Shown: in pieces, positions 50,794-61,071 of the stretch
Layout: each line of letters starts with the position of its first letter
Position numbering within the stretch: the first letter of the stretch is position 1
Made by a program: the position numbers and the translations under genes
Source of the DNA: Dehalococcoidia bacterium
GTDB lineage: Bacteria; Chloroflexota; Dehalococcoidia; Lucifugimonadales; UBA3495
Length of the DNA stretch: 64,000 nucleotides
NCBI GenBank assembly: GCA_030740155.1
Contig: JASLXV010000074.1
Coordinates: forward strand, 1 to 64,000
Direction: 5' to 3'
Notes under the pieces: generated by a model
The model's input: only the letters and a program-made list of their open reading frames with translations
Told to the model about the DNA's origin: nothing
Database searches by the model: none

Positions 50794-52146
50794 CTACAGC
50801 TGAGGCAACCCCGCGATGGCCTTCTCGATATCGGCCTGGGGGTAGGCGTAGTCTTCCAGCTGTCCTGTCAGATGGGCCTCGTAGGCGAACAGGTCGAAGT
50901 GGCCGTGGCCGCAAAGGTTGAACAGAATAACCTTGCTCTCGCCCGACTCCTTGCACTTGAGGGCTTCATCGATGGTGACCTTGATGGCGTGGGTCGGCTC
51001 CGGGGCGGGCAGGATGCCCTCGGTGCGGGCAAACAGCATGGCGGCCTCGAAGATGGCCTTCTGGTAGACCGCCCGGGCCTCGACGATCCCCGCGTCGCAG
51101 AGATGGCTGATCAGAGGAGACATGCCGTGATAGCGCAGCCCGCCCGAGTGGATGGGGGGTGGAACGAAGGTATGCCCCAGGGTGAACATCTTGATCAGCG
51201 GCGTCATCTGCGCCGTGTCGCCGAAGTCGTAGGTAAAGGCGCCGCGGGTGATGGTAGGGCAGGCCTCGGGCTCCACGGCGATGAACTGGATCTTCCGGCC
51301 CTGAGTCAGGTGGTCCTCGATGAAAGGGAAGGCGATGCCGGCGAAGCTGCTGCCCCCGCCCACGCAGCCGATGACCATGTCTGGGTAGTCGCCCGCCTGC
51401 TCCAACTGCTTCTTGCACTCCTGGCCGATGACCGTCTGGTGCAGCAGTACGTGGTTCAACACGCTGCCTAGGGAGTAGTTGGTGTCAGAGCGGGTGGCGG
51501 CGTCCTCCACGGCCTCGCCGATGGCGATGCCCAGACTGCCGGGAGAGTTGGGGTCCTGGGCCAGAATGCGCCGGCCCGCTTCGGTCTCCTGGCTCGGGCT
51601 GGAGACCACCGAGGCCCCCCAGGTTTCCATGAGGGTGCGGCGGTAGGGCTTCTGCTGGTAGCTGATGCCGACCATGTAGACCTTGCATTCCATGCCGAAG
51701 TAGTTGCAAGCCAGGGACAGGGCGCTGCCCCACTGTCCGGCGCCGGTCTCGGTGGACAGCCGTTTCACGCCTTCCAACTTGTTATAGTAGGCCTGGGGCA
51801 CCGCCGTGTTGGGTTTGTGGCTGCCGGCGGGGCTGACGCCTTCGTACTTGTAGTAAATCTTAGCCGGGGTCCCCAGCTCCTTTTCCAGCCGGTGGGCCCG
51901 GTACAAGGGGGTAGGCCGCCAGAGCTGGTAGATGTCGCGGACCGGCTCGGGTATTTCGATCCAACGCTCCTGGCTCACCTCCTGGCCGATCAGGGCCATG
52001 GGGAAAATGGCGCCCAGGTCGTCGGGGCCGATGGGCTGTTTGGTTCCGGGGTGGAGCACCGGCGCCAGGGGTGTCGGCAAATCGGCCTGCATGTTATACC
52101 AGTGAGTCGGTATATCGCTGTCAGGTAGCATGTACTTGGTCTGCAT
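50794..52146 (-). CDS. trpB2: TrpB2-type tryptophan synthase beta
   Basis: [40 protein letters not shown]. Confidence 0.93.
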   Translation of the reverse strand: MQTKYMLPDSDIPTHWYNMQADLPTPLAPVLHPGTKQPIGPDDLGAIFPMALIGQEVSQERWIEIPEPVRDIYQLWRPTPLYRAHRLEKELGTPAKIYYKYEGVSPAGSHKPNTAVPQAYYNKLEGVKRLSTETGAGQWGSALSLACNYFGMECKVYMVGISYQQKPYRRTLMETWGASVVSSPSQETEAGRRILAQDPNSPGSLGIAIGEAVEDAATRSDTNYSLGSVLNHVLLHQTVIGQECKKQLEQAGDYPDMVIGCVGGGSSFAGIAFPFIEDHLTQGRKIQFIAVEPEACPTITRGAFTYDFGDTAQMTPLIKMFTLGHTFVPPPIHSGGLRYHGMSPLISHLCDAGIVEARAVYQKAIFEAAMLFARTEGILPAPEPTHAIKVTIDEALKCKESGESKVILFNLCGHGHFDLFAYEAHLTGQLEDYAYPQADIEKAIAGLPQL

Positions 52147-52210
52147 CTGCCTTACCTCCGATATTTGGCAATCATTTGGGCCGAGAATAAATCAGGGCCG
52201 CGTGAAACGT

Positions 52211-52550
52211 AAAAACCCGCCCCAAAGGGGACGGGCCTGATGCCGCGATGCCACCCTCTTTGCCGGCCCTGTTCCCGGAGCGTAGACGGAACGGCGCCAA
52301 CATCTCAACCGGCGGAGGAGTCCTGGTCTACGTGACTCCCGTGCCTAGGACCGTTAACGGGGTCCAGCCGTCGCGGCCTAGCAGCGCTGCCTCGACACCG
52401 GGAATGGCTTGTATCCATCCGCTCGGTTGGGCCGCCCCTGATCGGCCTGCGGCTCCGGGGTCCATTCGTGCTTCCGCGCCTGGCGCCGGCTTCCACCTAG
52501 CCCGGCTCTCTGAGCCTCGCTTGAAGCCTACTACTCCCCTTCACAGCCTT
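52211..52550 (-). ncRNA. T-box riboswitch with Trp (UGG) specifier
   Basis: GCUGUGAAGGGGAGUAGUAG, CAGAGAG and GUGGAAG stem I motifs, GAA-UGG specifier (52464-52462), T-box AGGGUGGCAUCGCGG, terminator CCCGUCCCCUUUGGGGCGGG-UUUUU. Confidence 0.93.
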
Positions 52551-52571
52551 TGAGCCTAAATTGTACGGAGA

Positions 52572-52600
52572 AGTATAGGTGGGGGGTGTTGGGGTGTCAA
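52572..52600 (-). promoter_or_regulatory. sigma70 promoter of the trp operon
   Basis: Minus strand TTGACA-17bp-TATACT. Confidence 0.85.
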
Positions 52601-52629
52601 GCGCAAGAAAGATGACTGGAATACCCCCT

Positions 52630-53070
52630 TCACACCGTCGCCTCGCCTAAGCCGCCGTGCTCTGCCGGTTGGGCCTCGTTCGGGCCGGGCCAGAGGGGTG
52701 ACGTGTAGCAGAGAAACCGCAACAGTCCGCCGCGCCCGGCGCTGAACTGGAAGCGCCAGCCCGGGGGGATCGTCAGGGCGTCGCCTGGGCCCACCGGCAC
52801 CGTGGCCATAGCATCGGGGCCGGCGCCGGGCGGGCACCGCCATATTTGCCCGTGGCCCTCCAGGACGTACCAGATCTCCTCCACCCGCCGGTGCCACACC
52901 GGCCGCGACACCTGGCCCGCTAGCAGGGTCACCTCGCAGAGGCTGGCGCGGGTGGCGCCGTGCCGGTGGTCGACGAGCAACCGGACCTCGGACCCGTCGG
53001 GAGCGGCGGCGTCTGGCTGTGGGTTCCGCCGCCCCACCGGCGGTGGTTGCTCCTGGGATAGTTGGTCCAT
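52630..53070 (-). CDS. cupin domain protein
   Basis: APDGSEVR, HRRVEEIWY, IPPGWRFQF. Confidence 0.85.
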   Translation of the reverse strand: MDQLSQEQPPPVGRRNPQPDAAAPDGSEVRLLVDHRHGATRASLCEVTLLAGQVSRPVWHRRVEEIWYVLEGHGQIWRCPPGAGPDAMATVPVGPGDALTIPPGWRFQFSAGRGGLLRFLCYTSPLWPGPNEAQPAEHGGLGEATV

Positions 53071-53129
53071 GACGACGGGCCTCCGATTGCTGTGGCCGTA
53101 ATGTAGGTGACGGCCTGAGCGCCAGTTGT

Positions 53130-53195
53130 TTTTAGGGAAGCGTCAGGGGGACCCTTTCTTGCAAGAAAGGGTCCCCCTGAGACCCCTCCTAAAGA
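53130..53195. repeat. palindrome family E (GGGGACCCTTTCTTGCAAGAAAGGGTCCCC)
   Basis: Perfect inverted repeat; possible degenerate copy near 14821-14860. Confidence 0.7.
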
Positions 53196-53229
53196 ACCCA
53201 GGCTTGGAGTCAATGAATTTGCGGCGTGT

Positions 53230-54660
53230 CTACCAGGTCAGGCTTTCCCCCACCAGGTTCCAGTAGGGGAGCACCACGGTGAACAGCACCAACGCGGCCA
53301 CCAGGGTCATTATCAAGCCCAGCCGGAACACGGCGGGGGCGCTGATGTTGCCCCGCTGGAAGACGAGGACGCTGGAGGCGCTGGCCGCCGGATAGTAGAC
53401 CACGGCGTCACCCATGATCACCACCGTCAGGCCGCAGACCAGGGGATTGAGCCCCAGGGCCGCCCCGGTGGACATGGCCACCGGTAGGAGAAAGGCCAGA
53501 TATCCGGAGATGTTGAGCATGAACACGCGGATCCCCGCCGCGGCGCCGGCCAGGGCGAGCAGCAGCAAATAGGGGGAGCCGCGGAGCCCCCCTACCCAGC
53601 CCACCAGGGTTTCGGCGAACCACTCGGCGGCCCCGCTGGCGACCAGGGCGTTGGCCAAAGACAACGAGGTGGCGATTACGAAGAAGTTGCTCCAGCCCAG
53701 GTTGGATTCAAAATCCCGCCAGGACAGCAGCCCTACCTTGGGCAACAGGATCACGGTCAGGGCAATCAGGGCGGGCACCGAGGGCGCCAGGTGGTGGGCG
53801 AAATCGGTGAACCATAGCAGAGCCGTGCCCAGCGCGATGCAACCGGCCTTCACTTCGGCCAGCCTCACGGGTCCGGTGGCTATGCTTTCCACCTGAATCG
53901 CGCGGTCCAGCTTGAAGCCGGACCGGAACATGAAGTACACGACGGCGCCCCCGATCACCAGGATCAAGTAGAAGGGAGGGGCCATCAGCACGAACCACCT
54001 GCTCCAGGAAAACTTTTCGTCGAGCAGCTGCCCCATCAGTCCCGAGGCCACGATCGGGGTGATGCCGCCGGCCAGAAGCGCCGTGGAGGCGAGGCGGTTC
54101 AGCGCTCCCATCGCCGTCATTATCGCCTGGTGCAAGGGGGACTGTTTCGGGATCTGCCAGCGTTCCATCACCTGCTCGTACACGTGAACCAGGATGGCGC
54201 CCCTGGTGCTGGCGGAAGGGAGGGCAAAGGTCAGGGCGGCGAAGGAGACCAGCATCTGAACGTACAGCGCCCGAGGGCTGCCGCCGGCCAGCCGGATCAA
54301 GTACACGGCCAGCCGCTCGGCCAGGCCGGACTGCCGCACGGCCAGCCCCAGGGTCAGAATCCCGATGAGGAAGTAGGCTACCGGCTGGGAGAACCCGTAC
54401 AGCCCGGTTTCCACGTTGGGCACGGCCTTGAGCAGCACCAGCAGGACCATGCCCATCAGGCCGGTGACGGCGATGGGTAACGCTTCCGTGGCCCACAGCA
54501 ACACCGCCAGGGCCATCACCGCCAGGGAGCGCTGGCCCTCCGGGGTCAGCCCTTCCGGCGTAGGCGCCAGCAGAATGGCGCCAAAGGCCACCCAGGGGAG
54601 GACCAGCTTAATCGCCAGCGACCCGGGCCGGCTGGTTGTGGCGGATGAGAGCTGTGTCAA
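53230..54660 (-). CDS. DASS/SLC13 family anion transporter
   Basis: PTPEGL, WATEALP, SGLAERLA, PSASTR; many TM segments. Confidence 0.85.
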   Translation of the reverse strand: MTQLSSATTSRPGSLAIKLVLPWVAFGAILLAPTPEGLTPEGQRSLAVMALAVLLWATEALPIAVTGLMGMVLLVLLKAVPNVETGLYGFSQPVAYFLIGILTLGLAVRQSGLAERLAVYLIRLAGGSPRALYVQMLVSFAALTFALPSASTRGAILVHVYEQVMERWQIPKQSPLHQAIMTAMGALNRLASTALLAGGITPIVASGLMGQLLDEKFSWSRWFVLMAPPFYLILVIGGAVVYFMFRSGFKLDRAIQVESIATGPVRLAEVKAGCIALGTALLWFTDFAHHLAPSVPALIALTVILLPKVGLLSWRDFESNLGWSNFFVIATSLSLANALVASGAAEWFAETLVGWVGGLRGSPYLLLLALAGAAAGIRVFMLNISGYLAFLLPVAMSTGAALGLNPLVCGLTVVIMGDAVVYYPAASASSVLVFQRGNISAPAVFRLGLIMTLVAALVLFTVVLPYWNLVGESLTW

Positions 54661-54851
54661 ATCTGCTGAACCACCTATGGGCGATTGACCGGCGCTACCA
54701 AGGCCGAGGGCCGGCCGCGGCCGGTAACCCGAACGGCCGGGAGTCAGGCCTCGGAAAAGTTGGCGATGAGGTCCGGGCTGGAAGGTCTATCGCCATCCCA
54801 GGGGCAGCCCCGGCCCGCGGCCCTGGCCACCCCGCCCCTGGGGCCCCAGGT

Positions 54852-55625
54852 TCAAGATTCCCGCGGCTTGCGGCCCTTGCGGTCCAAGAAGTCGCTGAAG
54901 CCCTCTTCCACCGAGAGACCTTTGAACCGGCCTTGTCTGGCGTTGATCTCGTTCTGGAACTGTTCCTCCAGCGGCAGGCCGGTATGCTCCAGGAGCATCT
55001 GCTTGATGTTGGATAGCGACTGCGGGCGGTTCTTCGCAAATCCGGCCGCAACCTCCACCGCCTTGTCCATCAGCTGGCCCGAGGGCACCATGTGGTTCAG
55101 CAGCCCGATCCGGTACGCCTCTTCGGCGAAGACCTCCCGGCCACTGTAGAGCAGCTCTTTGGCCCTGGGCAGGCCGACCAACACGGGCAGGCTCCAGGTG
55201 GCGTTCATCTGGCCGTAGTTCACCGCCAGGAACCGGAAACTGGATTTCTCGCAGCCCATCAGGAGGTCTAGCGAGGTGGCCATAACCGTCCCGCCCCCGT
55301 AGCACAGCCCGTTGATGGCGCCGATGATCGGTTTGGAGCTGGTAGCCAGGTGCCAGGTGTACGTGGCCCGGTTCGCCGTGCCTCGCTCGTGCTCCTCGGG
55401 GGAAAGCTCCCGGTTCTCGTGGATATCCGCCCCCGCGGAGAAGGCCCGTTCTCCCGACCCGGTGAGGATGATCGCCCCGACAGCGTCGTCTTGCTCCATC
55501 TCCGTCACGGCCTCGTTCACTTCCCGGACCAATTGGAGGCTCAGGGCGTTGAGCACCTCGGGGCGGTTCAAGGTGATGATGGCGACCCGGTCCACCCGGT
55601 CGGTCTTGATGACCTCGTAGCTCAT
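54852..55625 (-). CDS. enoyl-CoA hydratase/isomerase family protein
   Basis: LNRPEVLNAL, AFSAGADI, KPIIGAING; canonical catalytic Glu residues not evident. Confidence 0.88.
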   Translation of the reverse strand: MSYEVIKTDRVDRVAIITLNRPEVLNALSLQLVREVNEAVTEMEQDDAVGAIILTGSGERAFSAGADIHENRELSPEEHERGTANRATYTWHLATSSKPIIGAINGLCYGGGTVMATSLDLLMGCEKSSFRFLAVNYGQMNATWSLPVLVGLPRAKELLYSGREVFAEEAYRIGLLNHMVPSGQLMDKAVEVAAGFAKNRPQSLSNIKQMLLEHTGLPLEEQFQNEINARQGRFKGLSVEEGFSDFLDRKGRKPRES

Positions 55626-55924
55626 GACGGCTCAACTCCTGCGCTTGATACTTGCCGGCTTCTTCCCTCGGCCGGAGCTAATAATAAACACATACGGCCC
55701 CCAACGCAAACCTTCCGGAGGCCGGCCCTCCCCCCGGCGGACCCGATCCACGCTACCCCGGCATTCAGCCGCGCCTACCCCCCGCCGGCGAGCCTCCAAT
55801 GTGACCAGGCTCACAGGATTTGCGGGGCGTCGGGCATGGTTCATTAGGCCGGTTATTGGTTTAAATAGAAGCCGTGGAGTGAATACATTGGAGGCCGGGG
55901 GCCGGTCGTCCGGGGGTGGTTCGC

Positions 55925-56341
55925 ATGTTGTGTATGCTCAAATCCTGCCGTAAGTGCGGTGGTGACCTGGTTTTGGACGAGGACGAGTGGAGATGCTGGC
56001 AATGTGGCCGGTACTACTATCCTCTGCCACCGCCCACGGACCTGCGCCCGGTCGCTGACAAGCCGGTCCGCGTCCTGGCTCCGGCAGGCAGGCCAATGCC
56101 CGTCAGGTTTCGCCGGAACAGACGGGCCGCCCGGGACATCAACTCCGTGATATCGGCCAAAGTCCGCGGCGAAAACCTGTGGTGGAGCAGAAACCGGGAG
56201 GCCATCCGCCTTCTTGACGAAGGGAGGAGCGTCCGGGAGATTGCGGTCCTGTTGGACCGGGGATCGCGCCAGATACGCATCGTCCGGGAACGGCTCAACG
56301 ACCTGCGCACCATCGGCGAATGCGACCAGAGCGCGGATTGA
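55925..56341 (+). CDS. zinc-ribbon plus HTH hypothetical protein
   Basis: CRKCGGD...CWQCG; GRSVREIAVLL HTH-like segment. Confidence 0.65.
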   Translation: MLCMLKSCRKCGGDLVLDEDEWRCWQCGRYYYPLPPPTDLRPVADKPVRVLAPAGRPMPVRFRRNRRAARDINSVISAKVRGENLWWSRNREAIRLLDEGRSVREIAVLLDRGSRQIRIVRERLNDLRTIGECDQSAD

Positions 56342-56396
56342 CGATGGCCGGATATTGACTCAGAGCCTATTCAGCTACAGGCCGCCCTCGATCCTT

Positions 56397-57149
56397 TTAC
56401 TGGGCCGTCCAGCCGCCGTCGATGACCAGCTCGCTGCCGGTCATGAAGGACGACTCGTCGGACGCCAGGAACACCACACCATAGGCCACGTCCTCCGACT
56501 CGCCGTACCGGCCCAGGGGAATGCCGGAGACCATCATCTTGTATCGTTGGGGATCGGCCCGGCCCGCCTCGGTCATCGGAGTAGCGATGGGACCCGGGTG
56601 TACCGAGTTGACCCGTATGGCGTCTTTGGCGTATTGAATGGCCGTCGCCTTGGTGAACAGCCTTATCGCGCCTTTGGACGCTGAGTATTGGGGACTGCTC
56701 GTGGCGGTCCCCACCAGCCCCAGCTGGGAAGAGATGTTGACGATGGAGCCGCCGCCGGCCCGGCGCATCTCGGGGATGGCGGTCTTGGTGCCTAGGAAGG
56801 TGCCCTTGGCGTTCACGTTCATCACCAGGTCCCAGGCTTCCACGGTGACGTCTTCCACCTTGCCCTGAGCGCGGATTCCGGCGTTGTTCACCAGCACATC
56901 CAGCTTGCCGAAAGCCTCGACAGTGGCAGCAATAGCCTTCTGCCATTCGGACTCGCTGGTCACATCCAGACGAACAAACAGGGCCTGGCCTCCGGTCTCG
57001 TTGATCTGCTCGACCACCTTCCGGCCTTCGTCCTCGAGCAGGTCCCCGATGGCGACCTTGGCCCCCTCCTTCGCGAACATGATGGCTTCGACGGCGCCCA
57101 TGCCCCTGGCGCCCCCGCTGATGAACGCTACCTTTCCCTCAAGCCTCAT
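56397..57149 (-). CDS. short-chain dehydrogenase/reductase
   Basis: SGGARGMG, NNAG, YSASK, VHPG. Confidence 0.92.
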   Translation of the reverse strand: MRLEGKVAFISGGARGMGAVEAIMFAKEGAKVAIGDLLEDEGRKVVEQINETGGQALFVRLDVTSESEWQKAIAATVEAFGKLDVLVNNAGIRAQGKVEDVTVEAWDLVMNVNAKGTFLGTKTAIPEMRRAGGGSIVNISSQLGLVGTATSSPQYSASKGAIRLFTKATAIQYAKDAIRVNSVHPGPIATPMTEAGRADPQRYKMMVSGIPLGRYGESEDVAYGVVFLASDESSFMTGSELVIDGGWTAQ

Positions 57150-57346
57150 GCCGAGCCTCCCAATATCTGCTAGCTCCGGCCAGGTTCATCGTGAGCCGGC
57201 GCCGCCAACGGGACGAGGGGACGGCGCGGCAAACCCAGCATAACCAAGCCCGGGCGCAAAGTTCAGGGCCTGCCCCCGGGGTCACCGGAAATACACAGAA
57301 CCAGGGCTAACACTTTCATTCGATTCGATAATCGGCATAACAGATA

Positions 57347-57410
57347 CCGTTCGCGGTGAACCTGTCGAACCACCGGCCCGGCGCCCTTCGACAAGCTCAG
57401 GTGAACGGGT
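57347..57410. repeat. family-B REP palindrome
   Basis: CCGTTCGCGGTGAACCTGTCGAACC...CTTCGACAAGCTCAGGTGAACGG. Confidence 0.7.
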
Positions 57411-57440
57411 GACCGTGATGGCAATTTTCGAAACCAGGCG

Positions 57441-58268
57441 CTAAACCCGTGTCTGCTGGTCCATGGGGGCATAAGTGGCCGGGCTAACCGCCAGCAGCCC
57501 TGCGTCCACCGGCATCACGATGCCGGTGATCCAACGCGCTTCGTCGCTGGCCAGGAAGAGGGCCGCGTAGCCCACGTCCCAGCCGGTGCCCTCGGTGGCC
57601 AGAGGTGCGGCGTTCTTGCGGTGCTCCCGCAGGTCCGCGGTCATCCGAGGAGCGGTCATCGGCGTGTAGAGCAGGCCGGGGGCGATGCAGTTGACCCGGA
57701 TGTTGTCCTTGGCGTGGTCCGCGGCCATGGAGAAAGTCAGGCCGATGACCCCGGCCTTGGACACGCTGTATGGGGTGCTGCTGTGGGCCCGCAGCCCGGC
57801 GATGGAGGATATGTTGATGATGGCCCCGCCGCCGCCGCTCTCGATCATCAGGGGGATGGCCGCTTTGCTCGCCTGCACCATGGTCTTGATGTTGATCGTT
57901 AGTATCCGGTCCCAGTCTTCCTCGCTGACATCCAGCACTGTCCCCCGTTGCGATACCCCCACGTTGTTGTCCAGGATGTCCAAGCGGCCGTACCGCTCCA
58001 TGGCCGTTTCCACCATGCGGCGGCAATCCGCGGCGCTGGTGACGTCGGCCTGAAACAGTGATGCCTCGCCTTCTTCCTCGTGGATCATGGCCAGGGTCTC
58101 CTCGGCCCGCTCCTTTACCATGTCCACCAGCAACACCTTGGCCCCTTCGCGGGCGAACAGCACCGCGGTGGCCTTGCCGTTGCCGATACCCTCGCCGCTG
58201 GACCCCGCGCCGGTGACGATGGCAACCTTTCCTTCCAATCTGGCCAATCTGGGGAGTCGTTCTGGCAT
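57441..58268 (-). CDS. short-chain dehydrogenase/reductase
   Basis: TGAGSSGEGIGNG, NNVG, YSVSK. Confidence 0.92.
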   Translation of the reverse strand: MPERLPRLARLEGKVAIVTGAGSSGEGIGNGKATAVLFAREGAKVLLVDMVKERAEETLAMIHEEEGEASLFQADVTSAADCRRMVETAMERYGRLDILDNNVGVSQRGTVLDVSEEDWDRILTINIKTMVQASKAAIPLMIESGGGGAIINISSIAGLRAHSSTPYSVSKAGVIGLTFSMAADHAKDNIRVNCIAPGLLYTPMTAPRMTADLREHRKNAAPLATEGTGWDVGYAALFLASDEARWITGIVMPVDAGLLAVSPATYAPMDQQTRV

Positions 58269-58377
58269 CGGACCGCTCCTCGTCTATTTGTCCAAGTCTA
58301 TATGTCCGAATGGTACGTCTACGGGTACCATCTACGAAACCGGTGCGGTTGTCAAGAGAACCGGTCGGCTCAGGCCC

Positions 58378-59346
58378 CTATCGGCCCGGCCGGCCGGGCG
58401 AAGGAACCGGAGGGGTATCGGCCACACCGGCTCGGCCCTTCTCTTCCTCCTGCCGGAACCACAACCCCACCATGATGCCCGCCGCGATCAGGAACATCAT
58501 GTCCCCGGGTATCCAGAGTATGGTCCCGCCAATCGCCTGGTCGGCCAGCAAGGATAGGCCCCACAACCTTTCCACGTCGCCGTAGGCGGAGTAGAGCACG
58601 CCCGGAGAAAAGGTCACTATCGCGCCCAGGAGCGTGTTGGGGAAGATCTGAAAGCCGAGGTACAGGGCCCGGGCCACGTAGGGCATCCGGGCGCGGTGGG
58701 GCTTCAGGTCGATGATCACCCACCAGAAGAGGATGCCGGTGAACAGCATGGTCAGGTGCATGAGGTAGTGAACACCGTCATTTCTCAAGGAGAGGTTGTG
58801 GGGTCCTTGCCCCTGCCAGAAGAACAGGGTCCCCAGGAACAACACGGCGGCCACCATCGGGTGGGTGAGAAAGGCGTAGAGGCGTCGAATGACCGCGTTC
58901 CCGGCCAAGGGCCGGACCACTCGCTGCCGGGCGGCCGTTGGAAGTCCTCGCAGCAGCGGCGTGAGGGGCGCGCCCAGCAGGATGAGGGGCGGCCCGATCA
59001 TCCGGAGCACCAGGTGCTGTACCTGGTGCGCCAGGAACAGGTGGTCGGAAAGAGGGTCCAGCGGCGACTGGAGCGCCAGAAAGATGACGCCAAGCCCGGC
59101 GAAGAAAGAGACCCGCTGCCAGGCGTTGATGGGATGGCTCGGGTTTTTCCAGTTCCGGAGTCCAGCCACGTACAGGGCTCCGGCCAGGAGGAGGCCCAGG
59201 GGGACGGTCGGCTCCCAGTTCCAGGCCGTCGCGACGTTCTGCCCGGAATCCACGCCGCCATGGGCGTGGGCCGGAGTTACCCCCAGGACCCAAGGCAGCG
59301 CCAGGGCCAGCGCACCCAGGCTGAATAGCCAGAACCTGAAGCTCAT
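58378..59346 (-). CDS. ctaG: cytochrome c oxidase assembly factor, Caa3-type CtaG
   Basis: SPLD, FLAHQVQH, PPLILLG, HYLMH, DQAIGG.ILWIPG; signal peptide ending AHA-HGG. Confidence 0.85.
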   Translation of the reverse strand: MSFRFWLFSLGALALALPWVLGVTPAHAHGGVDSGQNVATAWNWEPTVPLGLLLAGALYVAGLRNWKNPSHPINAWQRVSFFAGLGVIFLALQSPLDPLSDHLFLAHQVQHLVLRMIGPPLILLGAPLTPLLRGLPTAARQRVVRPLAGNAVIRRLYAFLTHPMVAAVLFLGTLFFWQGQGPHNLSLRNDGVHYLMHLTMLFTGILFWWVIIDLKPHRARMPYVARALYLGFQIFPNTLLGAIVTFSPGVLYSAYGDVERLWGLSLLADQAIGGTILWIPGDMMFLIAAGIMVGLWFRQEEEKGRAGVADTPPVPSPGRPGR

Positions 59347-59429
59347 GCCCAACACCGCGCGTTTCTTTTCACATAGTCCGCCGGATGGTCCGACATATAG
59401 CCCGGCGACCAGCCCCATCCGCCAGGCGG

Positions 59430-60986
59430 TCACTCCACGATGGGGCGGGAGACAATCCACAGGCTTACCACGGTATATAACACCATCAGCCCCAGCATTG
59501 GAAGCTGGCTCTTGACCACCAGGCTCCGGATGGTGAGGAGCTGCACGGCTCGGATGTGGGCCAGGTACACGGCGATCACGTGGCCGGCCACGATCACCGC
59601 CACGGAGAAGAACCAGACGAACCGGGCGTTGATGATGCCGATGTCAATCACGTAGTCGGCTGTGCCAAAGAGGTCCCAATCCGCGCCAAAGGGGTCGGAC
59701 ACCAGGGGGATGATCTGCTGCCCCTGGATCAGCAGAAAGCTGAGGAAGTGGGCGAAGTTGTACGCCAGGGCGATGGGTATCAGAGAGAACACGAATGCCT
59801 TGGCCAAAGTGAAGGTCCCGTTCCGCCTCCCTACCGACCGGTGCATCAGGTAGGCGAAGCTCAGGTAGAAGGCCGCGAAGGTCGCGGGTACCCCGATGAG
59901 GCCCAGGGTGTTGGCTATCGTGAGCCCGTTGAGGGCCTCGTGGGTCAGATCCGGGAATTTTTCGATAAAGTAGCTCTGGACTTCCAACCATTCCGGCGTG
60001 GCGCCGAAGCCGTCGAAGGTTACGGTGGCCAGTATCAGCAGCACCATGGCCATAACGTCGCCGGTCACCCGGCCCGGATTGCTCAACCCGACCGCCAAAG
60101 GACGGAGGTTGAACTCCCGGTGCTGGGAGTACTCCCAGCACTCGTAGCAGTCCACGCACCGGCCATCCTCGCCTTCGCAGGAAACGTTGCATTCCCGGCA
60201 CACCTCCGGCTCGTTCACTCTGATCTCGGTGATGGAAAACCGGGACAGATAGCCGAACACCACGGAAAAGGCTTCCCCGCGACTCAGCCACTGATGTTTG
60301 CCGAAGATGAGCATGCCTCCCAGGGTTATGGCACTGTAGGAAATGGCCATTGCTGCCAGCCGCCGGGGGTCGGCGCTCTCGCCGAAGGCATTCTCGGCCC
60401 AGGCGAAGGCGAAGAACAGGGCTACCGCCGGCCAGACACCCAGATTCAGGGGGTACTCCCAGTTCATCCCCATATCCCGGCCGGGCCAAATCCGCTCGTA
60501 AAGGGCCTCCGCCCAGCCGTAGAGAATCTTCCAGGGGTTTACCAGGGCCCACAGGTTGCCGAACAGGGCCACGAAAAAGCCCATCCCCACCCACCATATG
60601 ACCCAGACGAAGGTGGGGGCGAAATTGTCCACCGGGCGAGTGTCGCCGAACAGCCCGGCGGCCACCACCAGGCCCAGAAGGAAGACGGACAAGACCTTGA
60701 CCGGGAACAGCGCCGGCCGGCTCACCGCCACTCGGACCCAGGAGTAGCGGAGCAGGTCGAGGCGGGGGTAGTCGAAGTGCTTGACCTCTCCCCTGGCCAC
60801 GGCGCCGATGAGGACAAAGGACAGTATGACGGCGGCGGCGCCACCTATCATGAAGTAGTGGAGAGGCACGGGAAGGTCGTAGCGCTCGCCGAAGCCGTGG
60901 GCGAAGACAGGCTGGACTAGCAAGCCGGCTCCCACGGCGGCGAGGAGCGCAATCATTTTGAAACGGATCATCGCACCACCATACAT
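59430..60986 (-). CDS. polytopic membrane protein with Cys-cluster loop, function unknown
   Basis: Signal peptide then HGFGERYDLP; about 11 TM segments; CRECNVSC...CVDCYEC; PIALAYNFAH; start may be 60971. Confidence 0.75.
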   Translation of the reverse strand: MYGGAMIRFKMIALLAAVGAGLLVQPVFAHGFGERYDLPVPLHYFMIGGAAAVILSFVLIGAVARGEVKHFDYPRLDLLRYSWVRVAVSRPALFPVKVLSVFLLGLVVAAGLFGDTRPVDNFAPTFVWVIWWVGMGFFVALFGNLWALVNPWKILYGWAEALYERIWPGRDMGMNWEYPLNLGVWPAVALFFAFAWAENAFGESADPRRLAAMAISYSAITLGGMLIFGKHQWLSRGEAFSVVFGYLSRFSITEIRVNEPEVCRECNVSCEGEDGRCVDCYECWEYSQHREFNLRPLAVGLSNPGRVTGDVMAMVLLILATVTFDGFGATPEWLEVQSYFIEKFPDLTHEALNGLTIANTLGLIGVPATFAAFYLSFAYLMHRSVGRRNGTFTLAKAFVFSLIPIALAYNFAHFLSFLLIQGQQIIPLVSDPFGADWDLFGTADYVIDIGIINARFVWFFSVAVIVAGHVIAVYLAHIRAVQLLTIRSLVVKSQLPMLGLMVLYTVVSLWIVSRPIVE

Positions 60987-61071
60987 GATTCGGTTTGATC
61001 GAGTGACATCCCCTCGCTTCAGCCAGTGAGAAAGACGTGAGACAGATAGGAGATGTCTTCCCAGCTCAAGG

